64,000 nucleotides of DNA from the NCBI GenBank assembly GCA_964016885.1, contig OZ024741.1, forward strand, positions 329,158,001-329,222,000, read 5' to 3'. The stretch is from Eledone cirrhosa (lineage: Eukaryota). Positions 43,028 to 56,094 of the stretch are shown here, one piece after another (position 1 is the first letter of the stretch; every line of letters begins with the position of its first letter). The notes below the pieces were generated by a model. That model saw only the letters and a list, made by a program, of their open reading frames with translations, searched no databases and was not told the origin of the DNA. A program made the position numbers and the translations under genes.

Positions 43028-43108
43028 GCTGCTTTCACCCTTAACTTCTTCTGAAACTAAAAACATCAATCTGTGAACGCAGAAGTAAATATTTCGAAAA
43101 ACGTTACA
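43028..43108 (-). mobile_element. PLE-C fragment retaining the CAGAAGA core
   Basis: gctgctttcacccttaac..tcttctgaaactaa..tcaatctgtgaacgcagaa matches 31184-31265. Confidence 0.75.
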
Positions 43109-43249
43109 TACTATATATATATATACATACTATATATACATATATACACACACACACAGCGTCGTAATGCAGACAGCCAGACATACAGACAGATATTATA
43201 AAGGCGCAACGTTATATCTATGTATCTATCTAAAAAGAAAGACTAAGAA

Positions 43250-43433
43250 TTATAGAGAGAGATCGCAAAATCGCCTAATGCGGTCCCTAGGGCATTAAAA
43301 ATTTGGAATGTATTTTGCTCAAAACACTCACAGGACCATAATTATTACTTGTGTAAAGTTTGAAAATAATCGGTTGGGTGGTTCTCGGGTTTTAGGGAGT
43401 CATACAGACATTCTCTGTTTTAGATATATAGAT
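43250..43433 (-). mobile_element. Putative non-autonomous Helitron 5' part
   Basis: Minus strand begins A|TCTATATATCTAAAAC..TGTCTGTATG..AACCGATT.TTTTCAAACTTT, a pattern typical of Helitron-N 5' ends. Confidence 0.45.
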
Positions 43434-43436
43434 AAT

Positions 43437-43625
43437 TAGGCGCGTGGCTATGTGGTAAGAGAATGGGTGCGCAATCGTCAGGTTGTGACCGTGTGATGTG
43501 TTATTCCCTTGAGCAAGACACTTTATTTCATGTTGCTCCTTCTACCTGGAATTGCGACAGATAGACAGTATTAGCAATTGGAAACACCAACGGAAACATT
43601 GTTTCCTCAGTCCGATTTGACGAAA
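43437..43625 (+). mobile_element. Second tRNA-derived SINE family (CORE-like)
   Basis: GGCGCGTGGCTATGTGGTAAG A box and CCTTGAGCAAGACACTT core; related copy at 59270-59430. Confidence 0.6.
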
Positions 43626-43857
43626 GTCGATCGAATATCGATATATATATATACTTTGGGAGAGTCATGCTGACAATAGATTCAAAACAAATTCAAAAAC
43701 GAAATATATGTATGTATATATATATATATGTGTGTGTGTACGTATAGTATATCTAATAATATACTGCATGTTTATTTAAAAACATTTTGAAGACCATTCG
43801 CTTTGAATTTTAAGTGACTACGTCATTTACTTAGTGTCAGCAAAAGCAACGGAGAGT

Positions 43858-43894
<37 letters not shown>

Positions 43895-44055
43895 AGATTC
43901 TCGAGTAGTATTGGGGGTAACCACAGGTAAAATGGTACTCAATACATTGGTAGAGTATAGGAATCTTTATTACACATGACTTGAACTGTTTCATTCGTAT
44001 GAAATGATGATTTCATACGAATGAATCAGTTCTAGTCTTGTATAGGTCTTTTCTG

Positions 44056-44102
<47 letters not shown>

Positions 44103-44935
44103 ATGTGTGTGTGTGTACATGTGTGTGAGTGTGTGTGTGTGCACAAAGAATTTAACACCTGTATATTTTCTTTTATGGATAGATAAATAGATAGATAGAT
44201 CGATAGATAGATATGGTTGAGAATGAGTTTCTGTGCGATTGTTTTCAAATATATATTTGTGTAGTCTTGTATATACAAACACAAACAAACATATACGTAT
44301 ATATATACATACATATGTGTATATGTTTTGTGTGTGTGTGTGTGTGTCTTTGTATGTGTGTATATGTTTGTGTGCGCACGTATGTACGTGCCTGCACAGA
44401 TATAGACAGATGCACTAGCCCATACATATCAACAAACATGTATATGAGCAGAAACAGTTAATGCATATGTATTCAAAAATATAATACTATATTATCGATA
44501 AAATTTTGCCTTTGCTTTGTATTTTTCTTTCGTTGTTCTTACTTTTTTTATTATTATTTTTTTTTTTTTTTTCCAGAACTATAAATCTGTTATGAATAAA
44601 ATCACGTAAGCAGCTGTGATCATGTATGTCGTTTGCTACAATGATTTTTATCTTTCACGGATTTTAGACCTTGTTAGAAATGAATACGAAAGTGTTTGTG
44701 GTTTCTTTTTTCTTTTTTTCTTTCTTTTTTAAAGTTTTAAGAAGTGTGATCTATTTCTTTAAATTATTCCATATACGATAGGGGTGAGTTGGCAAAGTCG
44801 TTAGAATGCCATATAGAATGGTTCGTCTTGTTTCTTTATCGTCTGAGTTGTAATCCTGTCGAGATCAGGTTTGCTTTTCATCTTTTCGGGGTTGATATAT
44901 AAAATACTTGCGTCGTTTCTTCCTATATATTTCTC

Positions 44936-44980
<45 letters not shown>

Positions 44981-45077
44981 ATATCTCCTTTGCTCTTAAT
45001 CTCTCCGTCACTCTCTTTCTCCCCATTTCTCTCTCGTTATCTTTCCTTGTTCTTTCTTCTCTCTCTTTATCTCTCCG

Positions 45078-45146
<69 letters not shown>

Positions 45147-46140
45147 CTCTCTCACTCTTTATATATATATGATAAAGTTATATCTGTATATATACACAGA
45201 AAAGAAATAAAAAGTAACTGAAACTGATTTTACGTATATATAAATTTACACATTTTTAATATATAAACATGTAAAAATGCCAAATACATATTTCCCTTTA
45301 AATTGAAAATGATAAGGCCTATAGTAGAACTACTTTCTTTACTTTTCATAGCAAGGCTAAACTTATATCTGTATCTAAAATTTTCAAATGATCTGAAAAC
45401 GCTCTGTAAGACGCTTAGAATCCATTAATTTATTAATGTTGCCAGCGCATGTACTATAATATAAATTGTACTGGATCCTAGTTTGAACACACTATAGATA
45501 TAAGTTTCTTACCACCCCATGATGGGAGTCTTTATCTGATGAAGTTCAAAGCCGGCTAACTAGAGAGATGGTCCCATTTTTTTCTATTAATGTTATTGAT
45601 TTATCACAAAGAGGCTAAAATTACATGTTTATCAAAAACGTTATGCGTTACATTTTAAATTTTCTATAGAAGAAAATCATAAAAACAAAACTCAGTGCAG
45701 TTCCTTATTTTTCAAAAATTTAATTACAATATTAATTTTTGATTAATATTATTTTATTATTTTCGTATGTTGAATTTTTTCTTTCACCTTTATTTTATTT
45801 TTATCTAACTATCGTTCTGAGATTGTCGTGAAAAATGGTGAAATGTTTTACTATTTAAAGAAAAATATTTTTAAAACGGCCCCAAAAATTAATTAATTAA
45901 TTAATTATCAATATGATTTATTAATAAACGTAGTCCTTGGTAAACTATGTCTGGTAATAACAGGTTGATCATAGCTGCAATGAATCTGAACATAGGTCTG
46001 CTCAAACAAGGTTAGAGCTAGGGCTAAACAACAACAACGGCAGCAAAATTGCACTAATAATTTAGTGGTTCTTGTCGCAGTTAATGTCACTTGTCCAAAA
46101 GAAAAGAAGAGTGCTCTATGAACAGTACAAAGCTATTTAA

Positions 46141-46193
<53 letters not shown>

Positions 46194-46344
46194 CTTAGGT
46201 TGTAACTCTATAGATAATGAACACAACCACAAGGATATGGTCCGAACGTGGAAAAGCCGAACTTTCACTGTCATCGCCTCCATCTCTCTCGCCCTCCCCA
46301 TCTCTCTGTATGGTGATCAAATCGGGTCCCACGTGCTGGCCTCC

Positions 46345-46516
46345 CCACAGTCCTGGCGGACAGAATTGAGAAGGCGTTTCCCCGAAGGATGGTAAGGGAG
46401 ATGCTCTGGAAGAGCAATTCCAACTCGTGAGGCTCAAAACTGCGGCTGGCCAGCTCTGCGCCTATGTTGGTGAATAGGGAGGTAGCCCTAGGGCCAAGGA
46501 CACCAGAAGTCTCCAT
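46345..46516 (-). mobile_element. CRE-type (RLE) non-LTR retrotransposon C-terminal fragment
   Basis: METSGVLGPRA..FEPHELELLFQSISLTILRGNAFSIL matches the ET-G-xG...QR-S-xx-RGNA end of CRE ORFs. Confidence 0.65.
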
Positions 46517-46528
46517 TTGTTATTAGAG

Positions 46529-46569
<41 letters not shown>

Positions 46570-47314
46570 ACTGTTGTTTAGTCACAGGTCAGTCTTGATC
46601 AGGTAAGTCTATGATCGTATCATCTTTTCGTTACTTTTTTTTTTCAAATATGTATCTAGGACAAAGTTATTCTCTTTGACATTTTAATGTATTCAAACTT
46701 TGTGATTTATGAAGGTTTGCTGCTATTTCTAGCAAATTGAGTCACCACCACATAAAGGCTCCTCTCATTGAATTCTAATTCTGTTGATGGTGATGGCGGT
46801 GGTGTTGATGGCGTTGTTGTTGTTGTGGTGGTGGTGGTGGTGATAGTGGTGTTGATGGTGGTGCTGGTACTAGTAGTGTTGTTGTTATTGTTATTGGTGA
46901 TGGTAGTGGTCGTGGTGGTGGAGATGGTGGTAGTTGTTTTCATGATGACGGTGATGATGTGAACGCTAGTGTTATTGAAGTTGTGATTATTTTCGTCATT
47001 TGGTCCCAGCTCAGCCTTGATCAAGCAAATCTACGAGCAAAGGCATTCCAACAGTGACAATCACGTCTTTTTCTCTTATGTTCAGAGAACCTTCGGCCAC
47101 ATTATTGCTTATCAATTTTTGCCATTTCGTACAAGCTATCTAGTCATTTACAATCTACCGTGCAGTCTCTGTTCAGTTACACTTAGCGTGCTGTCTACCT
47201 GGTAATTAACACTTTACCTTGCAATCTACCTAACGTGAGATTAACCTGGTTATTTAACGTGCCGTCTACATGGTAATTTAGAGTTAAGTGTGCAATCTAT
47301 CTTAACTACCAAAG

Positions 47315-47720
47315 TTAAACCTAATGGCAACATTAACCACAAAAATAACTAATCTTAACCACAAAAGCTAGCCCTAATACGTATCACAAAAACTAACCCT
47401 ACCACAAAAATTAACCCTAACACTAACCACAAAACTTACTTTAACCCTAACCACAAAAACTAACTCTAAACCTAACGACAAAGCTAACCCTAAACCTAAC
47501 CACAAAAACTAACCCTAAACCTAAACACAAAAACTTACCCTAAGTCTAACCACAAAATCTAACCCTAACCCTAACCTCAAAAACTACCCGTAACCTAACC
47601 ACAAAAACTAACTATAACCCTAACCTCAAAAACTACCCTAAACCTAACCACAAAAACTAACTATAACCCTAACCACAAAAACTAACCCTAACACTAACCT
47701 CAAAAAAAAATTAACCGTAA
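47315..47720. repeat. Telomere-like tandem array, about 25-bp unit (CTAACCACAAAAACTAACCCTAAAC)
   Basis: About 15 degenerate units built on CCCTAA/CTAACC. Confidence 0.85.
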
Positions 47721-47909
47721 TCTGGTAGACACGGCGTAGACTATCATTATGGCGGCAAACCGTACGTTGAATCAACACCGTTCCTAAGATGATTGGCTGT
47801 GCGATTTGAGGGACCTTTGGCTGCTCTTTCTAGCGTACAGTTTCTGCCACCTATACGCCTGTTTCAACAACTGCTGTACATCTATTGTTGCAGTTGCTGT
47901 TGTCACCCT

Positions 47910-48330
47910 GCGATTTTTGTTGTCATAGCAACTGTTGTGACTATTGATATTGTTGTAGGTATTGTTGTGGTTACTGTTATTGTTGTGGTTATTGTTATTG
48001 TTGTAGTTGTGGTTATTGTTATTGTTGTAGTTGTGGTTATTGTTGTTGTTGTAGTTGTGGTTATTGTTATTGTTGTAGTTGTGGTTATTGTTATTGTTGT
48101 AGTTGTGGTTATTGTTGTTGCGTTGTTAAATGTTGTTGTTGTTGTAACTGTTGTTATTGCTGATGTTACTCTTAATGTTCTTGTTGATATTATTGTTGTT
48201 GTTGATATTGTTGTTACAGTTGAAACTTTATTTAGTGTTATTGTTGTTGTTGTTGCTGTTGTTGATGTTATTGTTGTTTTTTGTTACAGGTGTTGTTACT
48301 ACTACTGTTGTTATTACTGTTGTTGTTATT
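47910..48330. repeat. (GTT/ATT) cryptic trinucleotide repeat with about 24-bp subrepeat
   Basis: gttattgttattgttgtagttgtg repeated. Confidence 0.85.
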
Positions 48331-48611
48331 ATTAACTTTGCCTTTCATCCTTACGGGGTCGATAAAATAATGCACTGGGGTAATTGCTGGCCTTGTGCCA
48401 AAAAGTAGAAACAATTATCTTTATATATGTTGTTACTGTTGTTGATGTTGTTAGTGTTGTGTTCTTTTGCTGAGATTTTTTATTGTTTTTGTTGATAAAA
48501 GGCTTTCCAGTCGTGCCCATCCCATTTTTAGGTTACATCACTGCTGCTTCTGCTGCAGACGTTGCTATTTCTGCTAATATAGGTGTTGTTTCTACTGCTG
48601 ATGATGAAGAT

Positions 48612-49962
48612 GTTACTACTATTGGTGCTGCTGTTCTGCTGTTGGTGCCGTTACTGTTTCTGTTGCTACTAATCGTGCTGCTGTGCTGCTGTTGGTGCTG
48701 TTACTGTTACTGTTGCTACCAATGGTGCTGCTGTGCTGCTGTTGGTGCTGTTACTGTTTCTGTTGCTACCAATGGTGCTGCTGTGCTGCTGTTGGTGCTG
48801 TTACTGTTACTGTTGGTACTATTGGTGCTGCTGTTACTGTTTCTGTTGCTACTAATCGTGCTGCTGTGCTGCTGTTGGTGCTGTTACTGTTACTGTTGCT
48901 ACCAATGGTGCTGCTGTGCTGCTGTTGGTGCTGTTACTGTTTCTGTTGCTACCAATGGTGCTGCTGTGCTGCTGTTGGTGCTGTTACTGTTACTGTTGGT
49001 ACTATTGGTGCTGATGTTACTGTTTCTGTTGCTACTAATCGTGCTGCTGTGCTGCTGTTGGTGCTGTTACTGTTACTGTTGCTACCAATGGTGCTGCTGT
49101 GCTGCTGTTGGTGCTGTTACTGTTTCTGTTGCTACCAATGGTGCTGCTGTGCTGCTGTTGGTGCTGTTACTGTTACTGTTGGTACTATTGGTGCTGCTGT
49201 TACTGTTTCTGTTGCTACTAATCGTGCTGCTGTGCTGCTGTTGGTGCTGCTACTGTTACTGTTGCTACCAATGGTGCTGCTGTGCTGCTGTTGGTGCTGT
49301 TACTGTTACTGTTGCTACTATTGGTGCTGCTGTTGGTGCTGTTACTGTTACTGCTACTACTATTGGTGCTGCTGTTGGTGCTGTTACTGTTACTGCTACT
49401 ACTATTGGTGCTGCTGTTGGTGCTGTTACTGTTACTGCTACTACTATTGGTGCTGCCGTTGGTGCTGTTACTGTTACTGCTACTACTATTGGTGCTGCTG
49501 TTGGTGCTGTTACTGTTACTGCTACTACTATTGGTGCTGCTGTTGGTGCTGTTACTGTTACTGCTACTACTATTGGTGCTGCTGTTGGTGCTGTTACTGT
49601 TACTGCTACTACTATTGGTGCTGCCGTTGGTGCTGTTACTGTTACTGCTACTACTATTGGTGCTGCTGTTGGTGCTGTTACTGTTACTGCTACTACTATT
49701 GGTGCTGCTGTTGGTGCTGTTACTGTTACTGCTACTACTATTGGTGCTGCTGTTGGTGCTGTTACTGTTACTGCTACTACTATTGGTGCTGCTGTTGGTG
49801 CTGTTACTGTTACTGCTACTACTATTGGTGCTGCTGTTGGTGCTGTTACTGTTACTGCTACTACTATTGGTGCTGCTGTTGGTGCTGTTACTGTTACTGC
49901 TACTACTATTGGTGCTGCTGTTGGTGCTGTTACTGTTACTGTTGCTACTATTGGTGCTGCTG
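48612..49962. repeat. Minisatellite: 183-bp higher-order repeat (about 3.7 copies) followed by a 42-bp unit (about 15 copies)
   Basis: AATCG marker at 48671, 48854, 49037 and 49220; then attggtgctgctgttggtgctgttactgttactgctactact repeated. Confidence 0.92.
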
Positions 49963-50545
49963 TTTTTTTTGTTTGTCTTTTTTACGGCAGGCGCCTGAGG
50001 ATTAGCCTCAGTCGCGCTAGACTGGCGTGTGGGAGACGCACGAGTTCATCTATGCTGGAGCCGAGTTGGTGGTGATAACAATCCACCATCAAGGCTGGAC
50101 ATCTCATCCAAGGATGTTCGGAGGATTCTTCTTCCTCTCCGCACAGACGGCATGTGTTGATTTCCGCTTGGCCGATCATATGGAGCCTCCTCCTTAATGA
50201 CGTGTGATGTCCACTGCGGAAGCGGACGAGATGGTTCCTATCTGCTTTGGAGAGAGTTTGCTCACTCTCTTTATTTGGGTGGCGGCTAAAGACTGACTGT
50301 AGACGTTGATGCTGGAGCGGTGGTGGGCGAAATTCCTGGCAAATGACGGCGTGTTGGGTGGTGGCATCGATTGAACTTTCCAGTTGAGTAGATGCTGAGC
50401 CGTGTTACGCCTGGGCGTCCGCCAGTTCATTCCATTTAATGTTGCAGTGCCCCGGGACACAGAGAGCTGCTAAGGTTCACCCCTTTGTTATTTTGTTAGC
50501 GATCCCTTGCAGCTCGGTAATGAAAGTGTCATGGGGGAAGGGGTT
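49963..50545 (-). mobile_element. Non-LTR retrotransposon 3' fragment with CCHC knuckle, inserted in the minisatellite
   Basis: CRLCGEEEESSEHPWMRC (CX2CX8HX4C) followed by an A-rich tail; the minisatellite resumes at about 50550. Confidence 0.72.
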
Positions 50546-50753
50546 GTTGACTGCTGTTGCTACTATTGGTGCTGTTGTGCTGCTGTGCTGTTGTTGGTGC
50601 TGTTAATGTGGTTAATGGTACTGTTGTTACTGCTGTTACAGGTGCTGGTGTTACTGCTGCTGTTGCTGGAGCTGTTACTGCTGCCACATGTGCTTTCGAT
50701 ACTACTGCTGATGATGATGATGATGATGGTGATGATGTTACTGCTGCTGCTGT

Positions 50754-50791
<38 letters not shown>

Positions 50792-51496
50792 CCGCTGTTG
50801 CTGCAACTCCCTTTACTGTTGCTGCTGTTGCTGCTGTCGTTGCTGGTGTTGCTGCTGTTTATATATTTTCCACCTGTGCAGTACCATTGGATACCGGTCT
50901 CTTGTTCCTAATGTGATTGTTGTTGTTGCTCTTATTGTTGTTGTTGTTCTTCTTCTTCTTGCTGATTGCTTGTTGATATTGTTCTTGTGGTAGTGTTTGT
51001 TGTTGTTGTTGCTCTTGTTATTGTTGTTGCTGTTGTTGTTGCTTAACTGTTGTTGTTGGTGCTGTGGTGTCTGTTGTTGTTGCTGCTGTTGTATTTGTTG
51101 CGGTTGTAGTTGTGGTTGTACTTGTACTTTTTGTTGTCGTAGTTGTTGTTGTTGTAATTGTTGCTGTTATTGTTATTTTATTGCTGTACTTGTTGAGGTT
51201 ATAATTGGTGTTGTAGACTTTTTTTATTTTGTTGGCGTGGGGTGTAATATAGGATATTGTATCGATTCTAAAATATTACTGGTATTTCTGTTATATATAT
51301 CAAACACTGGAAGATTGAAAACGGAAGTAAAAGTGGGCTTCCGTTTTCCTGCTAAAAATAAGGTGAAGTTCGTCTTGCTTGAGAAATGTGGTGTGGCTGA
51401 TGCTGCTGGTCTCTCTGGCTGTCTTATATACCAGTGTTTCGCAATCTTGCTTTGCTGGGGTCAGCAGAGATATACCGCCTAGCCAGTGGGTGTAGA

Positions 51497-51572
51497 GCAG
51501 TCACGGGCAAACTGCGATCCGTTTGGCTTTCTGAATGCATGCCTTCTTCTTCTTCTTCTTCTTCTTCTTCTT

Positions 51573-51603
<31 letters not shown>

Positions 51604-51893
51604 ATTGGCCCACTTATTCTCACACATGTCAGGGGGGCTGAGTCCCCAAACACTCTCTTCCAGAGGGTCCTGTCAAAAGCAACTGTCTCTAAATGATCTG
51701 GTTGGATCCTCAGGCGAGACCACCTGGGTATTATCCAACCATTTGACTCACCTGTCGGTTAGTTTTCCCTGTAAAATCTGTCCAGTGAACCACACAAATT
51801 TCAAAATTGACTTGAAATTTTTAGTAGTGCTGCCCACCTTATGATGAGTCACAGCCTATGTGGCCCAGTGCTCGAAAAAGGTTTCCCCATCTC
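51497..51893. mobile_element. hAT/Charlie-like MITE interrupted by a (CTT)n-tailed insertion
   Basis: Ends cagtcacgggcaaact and aggtttccccatctc; internal sequence is shared, uninterrupted, with 56897-57018. Confidence 0.5.
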
Positions 51894-52044
51894 GTTCCTT
51901 TTCTTTCTCTCTTTCTCTCTCTCCCTCTTTCAATAATAAGTGTTTTCTCTCTTTCTGTTTATTGTGTATATACGCAAACAGAATTGAACATAAATATAAA
52001 CGTAACTATTACGTGTATCAATAAAACAATAACAATAGCAACAA

Positions 52045-52590
52045 TAATGATTTTTAAAGTAGGTACAAGTCCATCTGATTTGAAAGGGAAAGGACAGGCG
52101 GTTAAATCAGCCCCAGAATTTTGACTGGTACTTTGTGTTATCGACCCCGGAAGGATGAAAGACAAAGTTGACCTCAGCTTGACTTGAACTCAGAACATAA
52201 AGTGCCTGAGTAAATGATACGAATTATTTCCTCGACGTTTTATCGACTCAGCCTAATAACAATAACAACAATAAAAAGAACAACAATAACAGCAATAGCA
52301 CAACAATGACGACGACAAAATCAATAACAATAACATCTACAATAATAACATTTATAACATTGACTACAACAACAACAATAACAGCAATAACAATGACAAG
52401 AATAGCAAGAATGAGACATAAAGGAAAAAATCGACCCCACAACTAGACCAGTATTTTATTTATCAGGTTTTTAAAGGTCAAAAGGCAAAGTTTTGGTGGG
52501 ATTTGAACTAAGAGAGCAGAGAGCTGAAACAAATACCACTAGACATACTATCCGACCTAATAACTAATCTGCCAATTCGCTTCCTAATAA
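52045..52590 (-). mobile_element. Two diverged tRNA-SINE copies
   Basis: TATCGACCCCGGAAGGATGAAAG..TTGAACTCAG core. Confidence 0.7.
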
Positions 52591-53282
52591 ATATACATAA
52601 GAACAGATAAAAAACATAATAGATGTCATCAAAAACAAGTTCTCCAATAGCGTAATTCTAGGAAGAAAACATACACAAACCTCCGAATTACTCTGTTACT
52701 TCCTTTCCTCCTGCTTAGCAAACCATAGTCAGTTTTTACCCGTTCAGACTCGTCCATCTCATCGCTCTCACCCATATTTTATAAAACCCCTAAAAAGCAG
52801 AACCTCCCTCTCTAGCTTACCTTCCACTTCAAATGAAACTTGAAGTTGATGAGGGCTTAATCAGGGAGGAAGATTCCTGTCCTTCATCATTTGGTTGTGT
52901 CTACCATACAGCTTCTTTCGTTATAGCTACCAGGCAGAGGAAACTTTTACACCTATCTTCTAAAAGAAGCAACTGATTTCATTATAGACCCAGCTAATAG
53001 TCAGCTCTATCCTACACGTGATAGCAGTGATTTGATAGAAGCGCATAAATCTCTACTGCACGGACACTGGGCGATAGTATGCAGGACGAGTATGTCGCTC
53101 CGTGTGTATCTCAGCAGGTCCAGCTGTTGGCACTTCTGTGCCTGTAGAGCTTGGCTCTACAACTTTGGCTCGCTAACTATTTTTTGGAAATTGGCCATAA
53201 GAAAAATAAAGAAAATAATAATAATAATAAAAATAAATATATTTCTAAATATATGAGGGATTCAGTGTTAGAGAATATATGT

Positions 53283-53373
<91 letters not shown>

Positions 53374-53374
<1 letters not shown>

Positions 53375-53893
53375 TTATTTAAAAGATTGTTTAATGTTTG
53401 CTTGTTCCGCTAATCTTAATTTTATAGTTCTGGTATCTCAAATTAGTACCATTGAACAACAAATGTATTATAGACACCCTATATATTTCCGTAGGTACTT
53501 AGTATCTGTGGGGATATTAATCTCATTTTATGTATATTCTCCCATGTGTAGAGAAAAAATCGTTGTACCTTGCTGCTATTTTTAGTGGCGTGGCAAACAA
53601 CACGTCTATAATATTCCCGCTTTTACTAACGGCCAGTTTATGTGTGGGTCACTTTAACGGCCTGACCTCATACTATCTAGCAGTAAGCGATATATTTACA
53701 AACTGTGAGACTTTACGTCCTATAGAATGGAAATAGCTATCTGAAGAGCTGATCTTTCCGTTGGAAATTCTCTGGATTTCCAATCTTTTGTGAAGCGAAA
53801 CTGTCGGTAATAGCATTTTGGACAGGTGAATATTTAAATCGTATTATAATTTATTTAAAATATTGTTTAATGTTTGCTTGTCCCGCTCATCTC

Positions 53894-53900
<7 letters not shown>
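53374..53900 (+). mobile_element. ORF-less HHR cassette: 477-bp unit with about 50-bp terminal direct repeat, in (TA)n
   Basis: 53374-53423 is repeated at 53851-53900; HHR lies inside. Confidence 0.8.
53731..53818 (+). ncRNA. Type I hammerhead ribozyme
   Basis: gcuau-CUGAAGA-gcu..uuggaaauu/ggauuuccaa..agc-GAAAC-ugucg-GUA-auagc. Confidence 0.85.
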
Positions 53901-53986
<86 letters not shown>

Positions 53987-54069
53987 TTATATATATATAT
54001 ATATAAGCTGAAAGGTTATTGAAAGTATATATATATATATATATGTATATACATATATATACAGAGAGT

Positions 54070-54130
<61 letters not shown>

Positions 54131-54276
54131 TTGGCGCTTCACCACTGGATAGAGCTAGTCATTCTGTATAGTTAACCATGATATAATAGTAGGAAAAGCA
54201 CTCGCCGTTATGCAACTCATCCATCTTTGATGTTGAATCTTGTTGGGGGTGCTAGAACGTAGTTATTTATGGAGAG

Positions 54277-54471
54277 AAATGACAGGAGGCCGGACTAGTG
54301 GAATTCCTTCAAAGATTTATTCACCAAACAATGTGTACATTTCAGTGGCTAGGTTACGTAAGATCCTGGTGATGTCACCAGGATCTTACGTAATCTGGCC
54401 ACTGTAGTGTACATAGTGTTTGGTGAAATAAATCTTTGAAGAAATTCCACGAGTCCGGCCTCCTGTCATTT
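54277..54471. repeat. Imperfect palindrome of about 195 bp
   Basis: aaatgacaggaggccggac..gatcctggtga-tg-tcaccaggatc..gtccggcctcctgtcattt. Confidence 0.9.
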
Positions 54472-54659
54472 TACTCAATAATAAAATATAGTGTGTGTGT
54501 ATGAGCGTAAACAATCTCTTTTAGAACCGTTTAGGGAGATATGGTCGTTGTTGACTATGAAATATAATCCATTAAGTTGGGGCCCGGATAAAAAAAGTGG
54601 AAAGGAATAAAGAAAGAAATGGGATACAATGATAAATCAAAAACTGTTCATCCTCATTA

Positions 54660-55048
54660 TTGTGGATTGGCAGTATCGGTAAAGGGTCGGACGCCATGCT
54701 TTGACGCATAGAGTTACGGCCCTTGCCATTCTGAGTTCAAATACCGCCGAGGTTAACTTTGCCTTTCATCCTTACGGGGTCGATAAAATAAAGTACCAGT
54801 AATGCGCTGGGTAATTGCTGGCCTTGTGCCAAAAAGTAGAAACAATTATTAGAAGGCGGTGGAATGGCAGTATCGGTAGAGGATCAGACGCCATGCTTTG
54901 CAGCATAGAGTTACGGCCCTTTATGATCTGAATTCAAATCCGGTCGTGGTTAACTTTGCCTTTCATCCTTACGGAGTCGATAAAATAAAGTACCAGTAAT
55001 GCACTGGGATAATTGCTGGCCTTGTGCCAAAAGTAGAAACTATTATTA
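54660..55048 (+). mobile_element. Two tandem tRNA-derived SINEs
   Basis: A box TGGCAGTATCGG, B box GAGTTCAAAT, shared core and tail. Confidence 0.88.
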
Positions 55049-55558
55049 TGGAAGGATAAACAAAAGTGTCCCCACCTCCATACTCCCTTTTCCACAAGTA
55101 GGTATTTTGTCCCTACTCTATTACAGACCACACATACGAACATAGACACAGAAACATTCATACATACACACACACCAAAACAGGCATACATAAACACACA
55201 CATATATATATGTGTGTGTGTGTTTAAAATGAAATACACATATCCACATGTACATTGACGGAGAAACTGCGGAAATGTGCGCATGATGAGGTAGGCGAAC
55301 ACACATACACAGACTCTTTACATTTCTCTCTCCACCTTACTTAGTCTCTCTCTCTCTCTCTCTCCCTCTCTCTCTCTCCCTCTTTCTCACACTCACATAC
55401 ACATATAAACACCTAGACTCTCTATCTTCACTCTTCATCCCTCAGTACCTCTCTTTCTCTCTCTATATATATATATCATGCTCTCTCATTCTCTCTTTCT
55501 CACTCCCTCAGTTTCTCTCTGTGTCTCTCTATCCCTCGCACTCTCTCTCTCACACACA

Positions 55559-55612
<54 letters not shown>

Positions 55613-56094
55613 CTCTCTCTCTCACACACACACTATCTCTCTCTCTCACACACACACACACTATCTCTCTCTCTCTCACACACACACATTATCTCTCTCT
55701 CTCTCTCTCTCTCTGATACTCCCAAAACCAAACACACACACACACACACATCTCGTAACACTCTTGCACACTTTCATCCGTATGGAGTCGATAAAATAAA
55801 GTACCAGTAATGTATTGGGGTGATTTATTCGAGTTTCCCCTCCCCAAAATGTGTTGGCTTGTGCCTAAATCAGAAACCATTATTGTTATTGTTGCTGTTG
55901 TTGTTGTGAAGGCGGTAGATTGGCAGTATTTGAGTTCAAATCCCGCCAAGGTTAGCTTTGCCTTTCATCCTTACGTGGCCAATAAAATAAAGTACCATTA
56001 ATGCACTTTTCTCTTCCCTTCAAATCTCTGATCATCTCCTCAAAGTAGAAACAATTATTGTTGTTTTGTTGTTGAACCAAACAATGAGCCTGAG

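Noticed and set aside
47315-47720. CRISPR-like or true telomere interpretation
   Set aside because: No unique spacers and no cas genes in a eukaryotic context; the array is degenerate and internal
48483-50075. 530-, 440- and 238-aa ORFs
   Set aside because: They arise from a stop-poor minisatellite open in several frames, with no domain or codon evidence
54660-54760. tRNA gene
   Set aside because: The A and B boxes belong to a SINE head; spacing and the lack of a cloverleaf rule out a tRNA
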